The notes beneath the pieces were generated by a model. It ran no database searches, was not told the origin of the DNA, and saw only the letters and a list, made by a program, of their open reading frames with translations. Positions 9,007 through 19,671 of a DNA stretch of 64,000 bases are shown in pieces. Position 1 is the stretch's first letter, and each line of letters begins with the position of its first letter. A program made the translations under genes and the position numbers. Source of the stretch: an uncultured bacterium. Lineage in GTDB: Bacteria; Patescibacteriota; Minisyncoccia; Phycocordibacterales; UBA9973. Where the stretch lies: positions 84,465-148,464 of the forward strand of contig CALCZP010000004.1 of assembly GCA_937903035.1 (NCBI GenBank). Reading direction: 5' to 3'.

Positions 9007-9048
9007 ACATACAGAAAAAGCCCCCGATCGGGGGCTTTTTCTGTATGT
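9007..9048. terminator. bidirectional rho-independent terminator ACATACAGAAAAAGCCCCCGATCGGGGGCTTTTTCTGTATGT (fully palindromic)
   Basis: Perfect 19-bp arms around a GATC centre with flanking A/T runs. It lies between the rpsJ stop (9052) and the 8746-9000 ORF stop. Confidence 0.75.
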
Positions 9049-9051
9049 GAT

Positions 9052-9390
9052 TTACATCATCTTAACGTCGATATCGACACCAGATGGCATTGAGAGGTTC
9101 GTGAGGGCCTCGATAACCTTTGGTGATGGATTCTCGATGTCGATGAGGCGCTTGTGCACTCTCATCTCAAACTGTTCACGTGAGTTCTTGTAGATGAACG
9201 GTGAACGGTTGACGGTGTATTTCTTGATCTCAGTTGGAAGTGGGATTGGACCACGGACAGCGGCATCATGTCTGATGGCGGTGTCGATGATCTGCTTCAC
9301 ACTCGCGTCCAAGATCTTGTTTTCGTAAGCGCGTACTCGAATGCGAAGCATTGATTGTACGTCGTCTTTCTTGGTTGTTTTTGTTGCCAT
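9052..9390 (-). CDS. rpsJ: 30S ribosomal protein S10
   Basis: RIRVRAYENKILDASVKQIIDTA...VRGPIPLPT...HKRLIDI, the classic S10. Confidence 0.9.
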   Translation of the reverse strand: MATKTTKKDDVQSMLRIRVRAYENKILDASVKQIIDTAIRHDAAVRGPIPLPTEIKKYTVNRSPFIYKNSREQFEMRVHKRLIDIENPSPKVIEALTNLSMPSGVDIDVKMM

Positions 9391-9477
9391 AGTTGTAAGG
9401 TGCTCGGTGCGGATCGTGATCTAGGTGATGAGTTCGAATGTTTTCATCTCGGAGACCCGGTGTCCAACACCATGAGA

Positions 9478-10671
9478 TTATTTGATAACTTTGGTAACAA
9501 CTCCTGCACCAACGGTCTTGCCACCTTCACGGATAGCGAAACGCATCTGGTCTTCAAGAGCAACTGGTACAACGAGCTTCACGGTGATTTTCACTGTGTC
9601 GCCAGGCATAACCATTTCTGTTCCTGTAGGAAGTGCAACATCACCGGTAACGTCAGTTGTACGAACGTAGAACTGAGGCTTGTAACCGTTGATGAATGGG
9701 GTGTGACGACCACCTTCTTCTTTCTTGAGCACGTAGATTTCAGCTTCGAATTCGGTGTGAGGAGTTACTGAGCCAGTCTTTGCGAGCACCTGACCACGAG
9801 TAAGGTCATCCTTTTTAACACCGCGGAGGAGAATACCTGCGTTGTCGCCGGCCATACCACTATCGAGCTGTTTGTTGAACATTTCGATACCAGTAACGGT
9901 AGTCTTCATGGTGTCTTTAATACCAACGATTTCTACTTCTTCACCAACTTTCACCTGACCACGTTCGATACGACCAGTTACCACAGTACCGCGACCTTCA
10001 ATTGTGAAGATGTCTTCGATTGGCATGAGGAATGGCTTGTCGAGATCACGAACAGGAACTGGGATATAGGTGTCGAGCGCGTTTGTGAGCTCAAGCACCT
10101 TCTGTGCCCATGGATCTTCCATTGAAGTAGCTTCAAGACCCTTAAGACCTGAACCACGGATAACCGGGCAGTCACGGTCAAAGCCTTGCTTCTCAAGGAT
10201 TTCACGGATTTCTTCTTCAACGAGTTCGATCATATCTGGATCATCCACCATGTCGCACTTGTTGAGGAACACAATGATCTTTGGCACACCAACCTGCTTT
10301 GCAAGGAGGATATGCTCACGAGTCTGAGGCATCGCACCATCAGTCGCTGCAACCACAATGATTGCACCGTCCATCTGGGCAGCACCGGTAATCATGTTCT
10401 TGATGTAGTCAGCGTGACCTGGGGCATCAATGTGCGCGTAGTGACGAGTCGCTGTTTCGTACTCATTGTGCGAAATGTTGATCGTAATACCACGTGCTTT
10501 TTCTTCAGGTGCACCGTCGATTTCGCCGATACCCTTGAGCTTTACTTGGTTTCCGTTCATGTTCAAGACATGAAGGATTGCCGCGGTAAGCGTAGTCTTA
10601 CCATGGTCAACGTGACCGATAGTACCTACGTTTACGTGTGGCTTTGAACGGTTAAATGCTTCTGCAGCCAT
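9478..10671 (-). CDS. tuf: elongation factor Tu
   Basis: 397 aa with [22 protein letters not shown]. Confidence 0.97.
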   Translation of the reverse strand: MAAEAFNRSKPHVNVGTIGHVDHGKTTLTAAILHVLNMNGNQVKLKGIGEIDGAPEEKARGITINISHNEYETATRHYAHIDAPGHADYIKNMITGAAQMDGAIIVVAATDGAMPQTREHILLAKQVGVPKIIVFLNKCDMVDDPDMIELVEEEIREILEKQGFDRDCPVIRGSGLKGLEATSMEDPWAQKVLELTNALDTYIPVPVRDLDKPFLMPIEDIFTIEGRGTVVTGRIERGQVKVGEEVEIVGIKDTMKTTVTGIEMFNKQLDSGMAGDNAGILLRGVKKDDLTRGQVLAKTGSVTPHTEFEAEIYVLKKEEGGRHTPFINGYKPQFYVRTTDVTGDVALPTGTEMVMPGDTVKITVKLVVPVALEDQMRFAIREGGKTVGAGVVTKVIK

Positions 10672-10808
10672 AAACTTTAATTAACTAATTTTCTCTAATA
10701 AACAAACAAAAACAACGCAAAAATATGCGTAGCGATTCATGATAGCCCCGAATACGGGGTATGTCAAATAAAAAAGCCCCGCGTATAGCGAAGCTTTTGG
10801 TCTTTTAC

Positions 10809-11207
10809 TTAATTAATTGGATCAAACAACACCTTTTGTACTTTGATAAAAACTTCAAACATTCTTTTTGATAGTTTTCCAAATAAAATACGATCAAGAC
10901 GTGAAGGATGTAATGCGAGCTTTTCTGGAGTATTATGCTTAACAGTAAATACAGCAACCGGTTCTATGTTTTTGTAATCCTCTTGGATCTCCTTGATCGA
11001 ACCCACAATAAGCATAATGTGAAGATACTTCCCTCTGAGGTGGGTAGCTATGGTGATCAATTCTTTCTTTTCAAATTCCAGTTGTGTAAGTCTAATTTGA
11101 CCGTGATAACTGATGATTTGAGCAACATATCCACTATCAATAACTTTGTATCCAGAAGTTATCTGTGCCAATAAATTGAGCATCCATTGTTCATGTACTT
11201 TTTCCAT
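10809..11207 (-). CDS. hypothetical protein inserted between fusA and tuf
   Basis: 132-aa ORF with no recognisable motifs. It has its own flanking hairpins. Confidence 0.45.
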   Translation of the reverse strand: MEKVHEQWMLNLLAQITSGYKVIDSGYVAQIISYHGQIRLTQLEFEKKELITIATHLRGKYLHIMLIVGSIKEIQEDYKNIEPVAVFTVKHNTPEKLALHPSRLDRILFGKLSKRMFEVFIKVQKVLFDPIN

Positions 11208-11257
11208 TGTTGTATATTTTTTCTACACATTACCACTATTCCCTATTTTGTCAAAAC

Positions 11258-11286
11258 AAAACCACCCATATAGCATGGGTGGTTTT
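11258..11286. terminator. hairpin AAAACCACCCAT-atagc-ATGGGTGGTTTT downstream of fusA
   Basis: 12-bp stem read directly, 14 nt past the fusA stop on the minus strand. Confidence 0.5.
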
Positions 11287-11299
11287 GAATGAGATCTAT

Positions 11300-13444
11300 T
11301 TATGCAGTGCGAGCTTTGATAATCGTATCTGCAACGTTCTGCGGCACGATATCGTAGCGAAGGAATTCCATGGTGAATCCAGCTCGTCCTTCGGTCATTG
11401 AACGGAGGTTGGTCATGTAGCCAAACATTTCCGAAAGTGGCACCACGGCGTTCACTACCTGGTTGAGTCCGCGAGTTTCCATCCCTTCAATGAGACCACG
11501 GCGTGATGAGAGTGAGCCAGTCACGTCACCCAAGAACTTGTCAGGGGTTACAACTTCGACTTTCATCATCGGCTCAAGAATCACCGGCTTTGCAGCCTTT
11601 GCAGCTTCCTGCAATGCCATTGAAGCAGCGATTTTGAAGGCCATTTCATTTGAGTCAACTTCATGGAAGCTACCATCATAGAGATCAACTGATACATTTT
11701 CCATCTTAAAGCCAGCAACAACACCACGATCAAGTCCTTCACGGATACCTTTTTCAATCGGTGCAATGTATTCGCCTGGAATCGCACCTCCTTTAATGTT
11801 ATTGATGAATTCAAAGAATCCATCACGCTTCACATTCTTTGGAAGATTATCCTTATCAACCGACATATCCATTGGCTTGATCTTGATCTTCACGTGACCA
11901 TAGTTACCCTTACCACCAGACTGTTTGATGTATTTTCCTTCAGCCTGCGCTTCAGTAGTAATAGTCTCACGGTACGCAACTTGTGGCTTACCAACATTTG
12001 CCTCAACGTTGAACTCACGCTTCATACGATCAACGATGATTTCAAGATGGAGCTCACCCATACCAGCGATCAATGTTTCTTCTGTTTCTGGATCGGTTGA
12101 TACCTTCAAAGTTGGATCTTCCTGTGCGAGACGGTTGAGGGCAAGACCCATTTTCTCCTGGTCAGCCTTGGTCTTTGGCTCGATGCGGAGGTTAATAACT
12201 GGCTCTGGGAATTTGATACGGTCAAGGAGGAGTGGGTGTGCTTCGTCACAGAGGGTATCTGAAGTATTAGTATCCTTGAGACCAACTGCAGCGGCGATTT
12301 CACCAGCAAAGACTTTCTTTACTTCTTCACGCTGATCAGCCTGCATACGAACAATACGACTCATACGCTCTTTGTTGCCAGTACGAGGGTTATAGATGTA
12401 TGACCCAGCCTCAAGCGTACCTGAGTACACACGGAAGAAGACAAGCTGTCCAACGAATGGATCACTCATGCTCTTGAAGGCAAGCGCAGCAAATGGAGCC
12501 TTGTCGTCAGCACGGCACTCGATCTCTTCTTCGGTATCAGGATCAGTTGCACGAGCAGGTTTGATATCGGTTGGCGCAGGAAGGTAGTCAACTACAGCAT
12601 CAAGCACGAGCTGTACACCTTTGTTTTTAAGGGCAGAACCAGCAAACACCGGGAAGATTTCATTCGCAATCACCGCTTTTCGAAGCATCTTTTTAAGATC
12701 TTCGAGTGCAGGTACGGTACCTTCGAGGTATGCATTCATCATCGCTTCGTCGTTTTCAACGATGCGCTCGATGAGCTCTGCACGGTATTTCTCCGCGTCA
12801 GCCTTCATGTTTTCAGGAATATCTTTTTCAACAACCTTATTACCCATGTCACCTTCGAAGTAATAGGCCTTCATCGTGAGGAGATCAACGACACCTTCGT
12901 GGTTTTCTTCAAGACCGATTGGGAGTTGGGCGCGAACGGCTTTCTTGGAAAGACGGTCGAGGATCGTCTTGTATGAGTGCTCAAAAGAAGCACCAGTACG
13001 ATCGAGTTTGTTTACAAAACAGATACGGGGAACACTTGCCTCGTCCGCATAGCGCCAGTTAGTTTCAGATTGCGGCTCTACGCCTGCGACACCGTCAAAC
13101 ACCACCACCGCACCATCGAGCACGCGAAGTGACCGCTTCACCTCAACGGTAAAGTCGATGTGACCTGGAGTGTCGATAATGTTAAAGCGAAAACGCTTGT
13201 TTTTGTCAGTACCAGCGTATGTTGGGATCCATGAACATGAAACTGCAGCAGCAGTAATGGTGATACCACGCTCTCGCTCCTGCTCCATCCAGTCGGTAGT
13301 GGTCTCACCTTCGTGTACCTCACCGATCTTGTGACTCATACCAGTGTAGAAGAGTACACGCTCTGAAGTCGTAGTCTTGCCGGCATCAATGTGAGCAATG
13401 ATACCGAAGTTTCGTGTTTTTTCTAATGAGAATTCTCGTTCCAT
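11300..13444 (-). CDS. fusA: elongation factor G
   Basis: 714 aa with AHIDAGKTTT, DTPGHIDF and EF-G domains IV/V. Confidence 0.97.
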   Translation of the reverse strand: MEREFSLEKTRNFGIIAHIDAGKTTTSERVLFYTGMSHKIGEVHEGETTTDWMEQERERGITITAAAVSCSWIPTYAGTDKNKRFRFNIIDTPGHIDFTVEVKRSLRVLDGAVVVFDGVAGVEPQSETNWRYADEASVPRICFVNKLDRTGASFEHSYKTILDRLSKKAVRAQLPIGLEENHEGVVDLLTMKAYYFEGDMGNKVVEKDIPENMKADAEKYRAELIERIVENDEAMMNAYLEGTVPALEDLKKMLRKAVIANEIFPVFAGSALKNKGVQLVLDAVVDYLPAPTDIKPARATDPDTEEEIECRADDKAPFAALAFKSMSDPFVGQLVFFRVYSGTLEAGSYIYNPRTGNKERMSRIVRMQADQREEVKKVFAGEIAAAVGLKDTNTSDTLCDEAHPLLLDRIKFPEPVINLRIEPKTKADQEKMGLALNRLAQEDPTLKVSTDPETEETLIAGMGELHLEIIVDRMKREFNVEANVGKPQVAYRETITTEAQAEGKYIKQSGGKGNYGHVKIKIKPMDMSVDKDNLPKNVKRDGFFEFINNIKGGAIPGEYIAPIEKGIREGLDRGVVAGFKMENVSVDLYDGSFHEVDSNEMAFKIAASMALQEAAKAAKPVILEPMMKVEVVTPDKFLGDVTGSLSSRRGLIEGMETRGLNQVVNAVVPLSEMFGYMTNLRSMTEGRAGFTMEFLRYDIVPQNVADTIIKARTA

Positions 13445-13595
13445 ATATATGTTTTGGGTGTTGTGTGATCTGTCTTGTAAATGGGGAATAAAAAAAGCGC
13501 CCGTACGCTTGCAAAACTATACTGTATATGTACCTTTTTCGCAATAAACTATTGTCTCTTGGTTTCCACCATGCTATGATACACACGTTTCACCT

Positions 13596-13814
13596 ATGGC
13601 AAACATTCTGCACAGCATTCAGGTTATCTCGGCAATCGCACTCATCGCGCTTGTACTGCTTCAACGCAGTCAAGGCGATATGGCGAGCTCTATCGGAGGC
13701 ACCAACGCTTCATTCCTTCAGACACGCCGCGGCGCCGAGCGTTTTTTGTTCACCTTTACAGTCGTTATTGCGATTGTATTTGTCGCAACCAGTCTTGCAG
13801 TAATCGTTCTCTAA
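13596..13814 (+). CDS. secG: preprotein translocase subunit SecG
   Basis: 72 aa with two TM helices and LLQRSQGDMASSIGG, resembling the SecG LLQ.GKG...G.. signature. Confidence 0.65.
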   Translation: MANILHSIQVISAIALIALVLLQRSQGDMASSIGGTNASFLQTRRGAERFLFTFTVVIAIVFVATSLAVIVL

Positions 13815-13840
13815 ATCCATCCTGGTGAGGCTCGTCATTC

Positions 13841-15379
13841 ATGGCGTCCTTTTCCTCATTCATCAAAACAAATAAATACCCGTCTCGTGACACCTTTATT
13901 AAACTCTTTGAGGGACCATTTTCTTGGTATACAGCTACACTTTCAGTTCTAATAGCAGTTACTATTGGATCAGCATATCTTCTACTTATCAACCTCAACG
14001 ACAAGCTACTTGTGACAGTCCCCGCCCGTGGTGGAAGTCTCACTGAAGGAGTGATTGGCGCACCTCATTTCATCAACCCAGTTCTTGCTGCAACACAAAC
14101 CGACGTCGGACTCACTCGTCTAGTTTACGCAGGACTTACCAAACATACTGATGACGGGACGATGGTTCCTGATATGGCAGAAGGCTATACAATCTCACCT
14201 GATGGCAAAAACTACGAAGTACGCCTCAAAAAGACCATTTATTTTCATAACAAAACAGCAATGACTGCGAGCGATGTTCTCTACACCTATGAAATGCTCA
14301 AAGATGAGACCCTTGATGTAAGTAATGCAACGTACTGGCAAAGTATTCAAATCGAAGAAATAGACCCGTACACAGTCCTTTTTCGCCTACCACAAGCAGA
14401 CCCTACATTTTTGTCAAAACTCACGATCGGCATACTGCCAAAGGCAGTATGGGAACCAATTGCTCCAGCAGATTTCCGAACAGCAGCAGCAAACCTTGCA
14501 CCAGTTGGTACAGGTGCATTCATGGTTGATGCTATTTCATACGAAAACAATATCCCTACAGAAATTATCCTCAAAGACAATCCGCATGTTGAAGAAAAAC
14601 CATATCTTGATGAGCTCCATATTGCTTTTTTTGCAAACCAGGAAGATCTCGCTCAAGCATTCAATGATGGTAGTATTGACTTCACGGCATCACTCCTTCC
14701 TGCTTATATAGAAAAAATTTCAGATACAAATCTGAGCACAAAACGTATCGAGACAACAACCACTATTGCACTCTTGCGTACCAGAAGCGAACCAAATCTT
14801 GATAATGCAAGCGTTGTTGGGATTCTTAATCATTTTATTGACAAAAATGATATAATTGCTACAGTTGAACACGGTTATGGAACAGCACTCAACGTTCCCC
14901 AGGGAGGACTTCCTCTATCGTCTGATGACGCTCTATCGCAACTAAAACCGCTTGGATATGTTCTCGAAAACGGGATTTTGAAAAAAAGAGGAGTACCTGT
15001 ACGACTCACGATTGCAATAGAAAACAGCGAATCAATGCTTGAGACCGCACACTTGTTGCAGCGAACACTCGGTACTATCGGTATCGGTGTATCGATTCAA
15101 GCATTCGATCAAGGCGCATTTCAGACAGGAGTACGGTCTGGTGAATACCAACTAATTATTACGAACTCATCAGATACAATAACTCCTCCAGGATACCAGT
15201 CAGTAATCCAACTCTATACCAAAACACTACCTTATGTTCTCAATGCTCGAGCAATCGGCATTGCGGAAACCATACCAATAGCTGCCGCAGAACGATACGA
15301 CCATAGCACAAAGTGGTACGTCTACACCGAGAAACTATGGACATGGTTCGCACCAAAAGAAACATCAAAAGAAAAATAA
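13841..15379 (+). CDS. ABC transporter substrate-binding protein, family 5 (oligo/dipeptide-binding-like), N-terminally membrane anchored
   Basis: 512 aa with an N-terminal TM segment and typical SBP_bac_5 architecture (GTGAFMVD..., LKDNPH). Confidence 0.6.
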   Translation: MASFSSFIKTNKYPSRDTFIKLFEGPFSWYTATLSVLIAVTIGSAYLLLINLNDKLLVTVPARGGSLTEGVIGAPHFINPVLAATQTDVGLTRLVYAGLTKHTDDGTMVPDMAEGYTISPDGKNYEVRLKKTIYFHNKTAMTASDVLYTYEMLKDETLDVSNATYWQSIQIEEIDPYTVLFRLPQADPTFLSKLTIGILPKAVWEPIAPADFRTAAANLAPVGTGAFMVDAISYENNIPTEIILKDNPHVEEKPYLDELHIAFFANQEDLAQAFNDGSIDFTASLLPAYIEKISDTNLSTKRIETTTTIALLRTRSEPNLDNASVVGILNHFIDKNDIIATVEHGYGTALNVPQGGLPLSSDDALSQLKPLGYVLENGILKKRGVPVRLTIAIENSESMLETAHLLQRTLGTIGIGVSIQAFDQGAFQTGVRSGEYQLIITNSSDTITPPGYQSVIQLYTKTLPYVLNARAIGIAETIPIAAAERYDHSTKWYVYTEKLWTWFAPKETSKEK

Positions 15380-15392
15380 TAATTTACATACT

Positions 15393-17324
15393 ATGGAACC
15401 AAACACAACAAACAACAATCCTCGTCCGCAGCACACACAACACCAGCAGCGTCCTCGTCCGAACAATCAGCAAAACCCTCAACACCCTGCACAACCTGGC
15501 GGCAAAAAGCCATTTGGCAAGCGTGGCAACTTTGGTGGTGGCAATCGTCGTCCGCAGCGCGCACCTCGTCGTCCAGCATGGCCAACAGCTGACGGTGTAG
15601 TTGAAACCGAGCGCAAGACCGCACATATTCCAAACATCGAAGCGGGTGTTGTTCGCATCATCCCACTCGGCGGCGTAGAAGAAATCGGTAAGAACATGAC
15701 CGCAATCGAAATCGGTGATGATATTATCGTTATTGATGCGGGTATGTTCTTCTCAAATGAGAACACTCCTGGTATCGACTACGTCATCCCGAACACTCGC
15801 TACCTCGAAGAGCGCAAGGACAAGATCCGTGCCCTCATCGTGACGCATGGTCACCTGGACCACATTGGTGGTGTACCACTCGTACTCTCACGTATTGGCA
15901 ATCCACCAGTCTACTCTCGAAACCTCACCGTTCTGATGCTTCAGAAACGTCAGAGTGAGTTCCCACATCTTCCACCACTGAACGCTATTGTTGTTGAAAA
16001 TAACGAGGCGATCACCATGGGTAACATTAAGGTCAGATTTTGGGGTGTAACCCATACGATTCCGGACTCAATGGGTATTATCATCGAAACACCGCACGGT
16101 GCAATCGTAAACCCTGGTGACTACAAGCTCGATCAGATTGATGGCGTCGTCAGTGAAGCCGAAGAAAAAGCATACAAGGTCTTTGATGGGATGAAGACAC
16201 TCCTTTTGATGACCGACTCAACCAACATTGAGAACGAAGGCTTTGCACTTCCTGAATCAAAAGTACACCAAGGCCTCGAGAACATTTTGCGTCGCGAGAA
16301 GAACAGTCGTATCTTTATGGCTGCATTTGCCTCTCATATCACTCGCCTCATCAAAGTCGTACAGATTGCGGAGGAAATGGGTAAAAAGATTGTACTTGAA
16401 GGCCGCTCAATGAAGACAAATATCGAGATTGCGATCCAAGCAGGACTGCTCAAGCCAAAACCTGGCACACTCATCTCTGTCGAAGAGATCGACAAATTCC
16501 CGCCTGACCGCCTTTTGATTCTCATCACCGGTGCGCAAGGTGAAGAATTTGGCGGACTCAACCGTCTCGCACAAAAGACGAACAAGAAGCTCGCACTTCA
16601 CAAGCACGACACCGTGATCCTCTCAGCATCGGTAGTACCAGGTAATGAACGCCAAGTACAGGCAATGAAAGACGGTCTTGCACGACAAGGTGTCAAAATA
16701 ATTTCATACCGTACTCCGGGTGAAGATTATGTACATGCAACCGGTCACGGCAACAAAGAGGATATTAAATGGCTTCACAACAAAGTGAATGAGAAGTTCT
16801 TTATCCCGATTCATGGCCACCACTACCACCTCCAGCTTCACAAGATCCTTGCGATGTCAGTTGGTATTCCAGAGCAGAACATTGTTGTACCTGACAACGG
16901 ATCTATTATTGAGATCTCTGCTGACGGTGAAAAAATCTCTGTTCGCAAAGAAAAAGCTCCTGCAAGCCCAATGATGGTTGATGGATTCTCGATCGGAGAC
17001 GAACAAAACGTTGTCATTCGCGATCGCCAACTCCTTGCCGAAGACGGTATGTTCGTTGTGGTTGCAGTACTTGATGCACGCAGTGGTGCACTCAAGAAAT
17101 CTCCTGACATTATTTCTCGTGGATTCGTTTATCTTAAGGAGAACCAAGAGCTTTTGCGCCAAGCACGCATGCTCGTCAAAAAGACCGTTGAATCAGCACC
17201 AAAAGGAAGTGATCAAAACAACTATGAAAATCTCAAAAATGTTGTTGCTGAAACCCTCGGCAAATACCTCTTCCAGAAAACCGCAAAGCGCCCACTCGTC
17301 ATTCCGGTCATTCTCAGCGTATAA
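15393..17324 (+). CDS. rnj: ribonuclease J (metallo-beta-lactamase / beta-CASP) with a 70-aa N-terminal Gln/Pro/Asn/Arg-rich low-complexity extension
   Basis: VTHGHLDHIGGV motif in a beta-lactamase fold, plus beta-CASP and RNase J C-terminal regions. Confidence 0.9.
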   Translation: MEPNTTNNNPRPQHTQHQQRPRPNNQQNPQHPAQPGGKKPFGKRGNFGGGNRRPQRAPRRPAWPTADGVVETERKTAHIPNIEAGVVRIIPLGGVEEIGKNMTAIEIGDDIIVIDAGMFFSNENTPGIDYVIPNTRYLEERKDKIRALIVTHGHLDHIGGVPLVLSRIGNPPVYSRNLTVLMLQKRQSEFPHLPPLNAIVVENNEAITMGNIKVRFWGVTHTIPDSMGIIIETPHGAIVNPGDYKLDQIDGVVSEAEEKAYKVFDGMKTLLLMTDSTNIENEGFALPESKVHQGLENILRREKNSRIFMAAFASHITRLIKVVQIAEEMGKKIVLEGRSMKTNIEIAIQAGLLKPKPGTLISVEEIDKFPPDRLLILITGAQGEEFGGLNRLAQKTNKKLALHKHDTVILSASVVPGNERQVQAMKDGLARQGVKIISYRTPGEDYVHATGHGNKEDIKWLHNKVNEKFFIPIHGHHYHLQLHKILAMSVGIPEQNIVVPDNGSIIEISADGEKISVRKEKAPASPMMVDGFSIGDEQNVVIRDRQLLAEDGMFVVVAVLDARSGALKKSPDIISRGFVYLKENQELLRQARMLVKKTVESAPKGSDQNNYENLKNVVAETLGKYLFQKTAKRPLVIPVILSV

Positions 17325-17332
17325 TAGGGTCA

Positions 17333-18490
17333 ATGACTCCACATCGAACGATCTTTCTTGCAACGTTTTTCTTTTCGCTGCATCTCGCACTTGTCTCATA
17401 TATAAACTCAAGCGCCCTTGCGACCTTCATATCGGGAGGTGCTATTAGTGCATGTTTTGCAATTGCATCATTACTCTCACTGTCTCTTGTGGAATATGCG
17501 CCACATATCTTGCGAAAAGTAGGACTCAGACGGTTTGCCGGCGCATCACTCATGCTGTCATCATGTGCACTGTTGGTACTTGGGTTTGCAACACATAAAC
17601 TCATCTTCGTACCATTGTTTATTCTCTATTTCACTTTAAACACGAGTATCATTTATGCATTTGATATCTTTATAGAGCATTATTCAAAAAAAGGCGCAAT
17701 TGCAACGGAGCGGGGACTCTATCTCACACTCAACAATGCGGCATGGGTAGTTGCACTTGCAACTGTCACAATCATCTCAACAAACTTTGGCTTTGATAGT
17801 GTCTACCTCCTTGCGGCCCTTGCAATGCTTCCAGCTGTCTTTCTCGTCACCTGGGGGCAAAAAGAATTCGTCGACAAAGCCTACACGATCATTCCGTTTA
17901 GAACAGGACTAAAAACAGTATGGGCACGACCACACATCAGACGTGCAATTGGACTTAATTTCATCATGCAATTTTTCTTTGCCTGGATGGTCATCTATGC
18001 ACCACTGTATCTCACTGAGTACATCGGCCTTTCGTGGAAAACAACAGCAACCATGTTCACCTGTATGCTTGTTCCATTTGTATTACTTCAGTATCCTGCA
18101 GGTAAAATTGCGGATCGAATTAGACATGGCGAACGAACACTACTCATCTTTGCCACCATGATTGGGGGTTGTGCAACCATTATTTTTGCAACACTTGGTA
18201 AAGCACCTGCCCTTTACCTTGGGATAGCACTGGTGTGCACCCGTGTTGGCGCAAGTATTATGGAAGTCATCTGTGATAGCTATTTTTTCAAACAAGTTAC
18301 CGAAGATGATGCGGAGAGTGTAAGCTTTTATCGGACAATGACACCACTTGCGTATCTTATCGCCCCACTTCTCGGTGTGATTACCCTTTCATTCACTACC
18401 CTGCAAGGACTCTTTATGATACTCGGCACCATCATGCTTTGTGGCACAATTCTCTCTATCAGACTCGATACTACGCCTTCGCAAGGGTAA
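17333..18490 (+). CDS. MFS-type membrane transporter
   Basis: 385 aa with about 12 predicted TM segments and MFS-like loop motifs. Confidence 0.65.
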   Translation: MTPHRTIFLATFFFSLHLALVSYINSSALATFISGGAISACFAIASLLSLSLVEYAPHILRKVGLRRFAGASLMLSSCALLVLGFATHKLIFVPLFILYFTLNTSIIYAFDIFIEHYSKKGAIATERGLYLTLNNAAWVVALATVTIISTNFGFDSVYLLAALAMLPAVFLVTWGQKEFVDKAYTIIPFRTGLKTVWARPHIRRAIGLNFIMQFFFAWMVIYAPLYLTEYIGLSWKTTATMFTCMLVPFVLLQYPAGKIADRIRHGERTLLIFATMIGGCATIIFATLGKAPALYLGIALVCTRVGASIMEVICDSYFFKQVTEDDAESVSFYRTMTPLAYLIAPLLGVITLSFTTLQGLFMILGTIMLCGTILSIRLDTTPSQG

Positions 18491-19664
18491 TTTTCACCGT
18501 TCGGAGTACTCCTTGATGGAGGACTTCAAGTGATATAGTTGATCCAACTGCTTTGGTTCGAACAATACTTGCAAAGTCATGTTTCTCATCAAGGAGTATA
18601 CCGTTCACCGATATAATAACATCGCCTTCTACAATACCTGCATTTGCTGCAGGTGAACCCGGCTGAACAGCAGGACTTCCATCAGGACCAGGTATCACTG
18701 CGACACCTGCTGTTGCTGTAATACTATACGCGCGCTTGATAGCAAGATTCAACGGCTGGTAGCGGATGCCGACAAACGGACGGACGATACTTCCTGTTTT
18801 TTTAATCGATGCGACAACTTCATTTGCACTTTTTGCAGGAACAGCAAAGCCAATTGATTGTGATCCTGATGCCATTGCAACATTCACACCAATAACTTCA
18901 CCTCGAAGATTTAATAGCGGCCCACCGGAGTTCCCCGGGTTAATGGCTGCATCAGTCTGAATCACCTTATCGAGAAATTCAACACTACCACCCCCACTTG
19001 CAGTGATTGAACGTGAAAGCCCAGATATAACACCAACTGAAATCGAGTTTTTAAATTCACCAAGCGCAAAACCAATCGCCACAACACTTTGTCCAAGATC
19101 AAGTTTCTCAGAGTCGCCAAATGGCAGCGCGACGAATCCTGAACCCTGCACCTTGAGCACTGCCAAGTCGTACACCGGATCACGATCAACAATAGTTGCT
19201 GGGTATCGTTTCCCATCCGTAGTAATAGCAACAAATGTCGCATTTGCACGATCAACAACATGGCGATTTGTCATAATAAGCCCATTTGATGATACAAAAA
19301 ATCCACTTCCTCCACCGGAGATGCGAGTCTTTTCACCAAGAAGCGCAGCAAGTCCCGTAGCGGGTACTGATACTTCAATAGAGACAACGCTCTCATTTAC
19401 TTTTGCAACAACTTCGGTCACGGTGAGGTCTTTTGGACCCTCAGGAACTACTGGCAACTCTTCAACAGTAGGAGCTATCACTTGATCAGCAATACTAGAC
19501 GTAGATATCGGAATATTCGAAAGGATGATTGCAACGATACGTGCCCGATAGTGCCAAACAGCTGCGCCCGCAATGGTAATCACCATTAGTGATGAGAACA
19601 TGCTAACACCAACTACTTTGAGCCAGTGTTTCATCTTTTTGTGCCGTTTCCAAAATTCTTTCAT
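18471..19664 (-). CDS. htrA: HtrA/DegP-family serine protease (trypsin-like plus PDZ), membrane anchored
   Basis: TNRHVV, DLAVLKV and GNSGGPL catalytic-triad contexts with a PDZ-like C-terminus. Start placed at the internal Met (MKEFWKRH) to avoid overlapping the upstream gene. Confidence 0.85.
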   Translation of the reverse strand: MKEFWKRHKKMKHWLKVVGVSMFSSLMVITIAGAAVWHYRARIVAIILSNIPISTSSIADQVIAPTVEELPVVPEGPKDLTVTEVVAKVNESVVSIEVSVPATGLAALLGEKTRISGGGSGFFVSSNGLIMTNRHVVDRANATFVAITTDGKRYPATIVDRDPVYDLAVLKVQGSGFVALPFGDSEKLDLGQSVVAIGFALGEFKNSISVGVISGLSRSITASGGGSVEFLDKVIQTDAAINPGNSGGPLLNLRGEVIGVNVAMASGSQSIGFAVPAKSANEVVASIKKTGSIVRPFVGIRYQPLNLAIKRAYSITATAGVAVIPGPDGSPAVQPGSPAANAGIVEGDVIISVNGILLDEKHDFASIVRTKAVGSTISLEVLHQGVLRTVKITLAKA

Positions 19665-19671
19665 GGGTAGA

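Noticed and set aside
9355-10647. Plus-strand ORFs antisense to tuf (9355-9771, 10186-10647) and similar antisense ORFs within fusA, copA and rnj
   Set aside because: These are shadow frames inside highly conserved genes with unmistakable protein motifs on the other strand.
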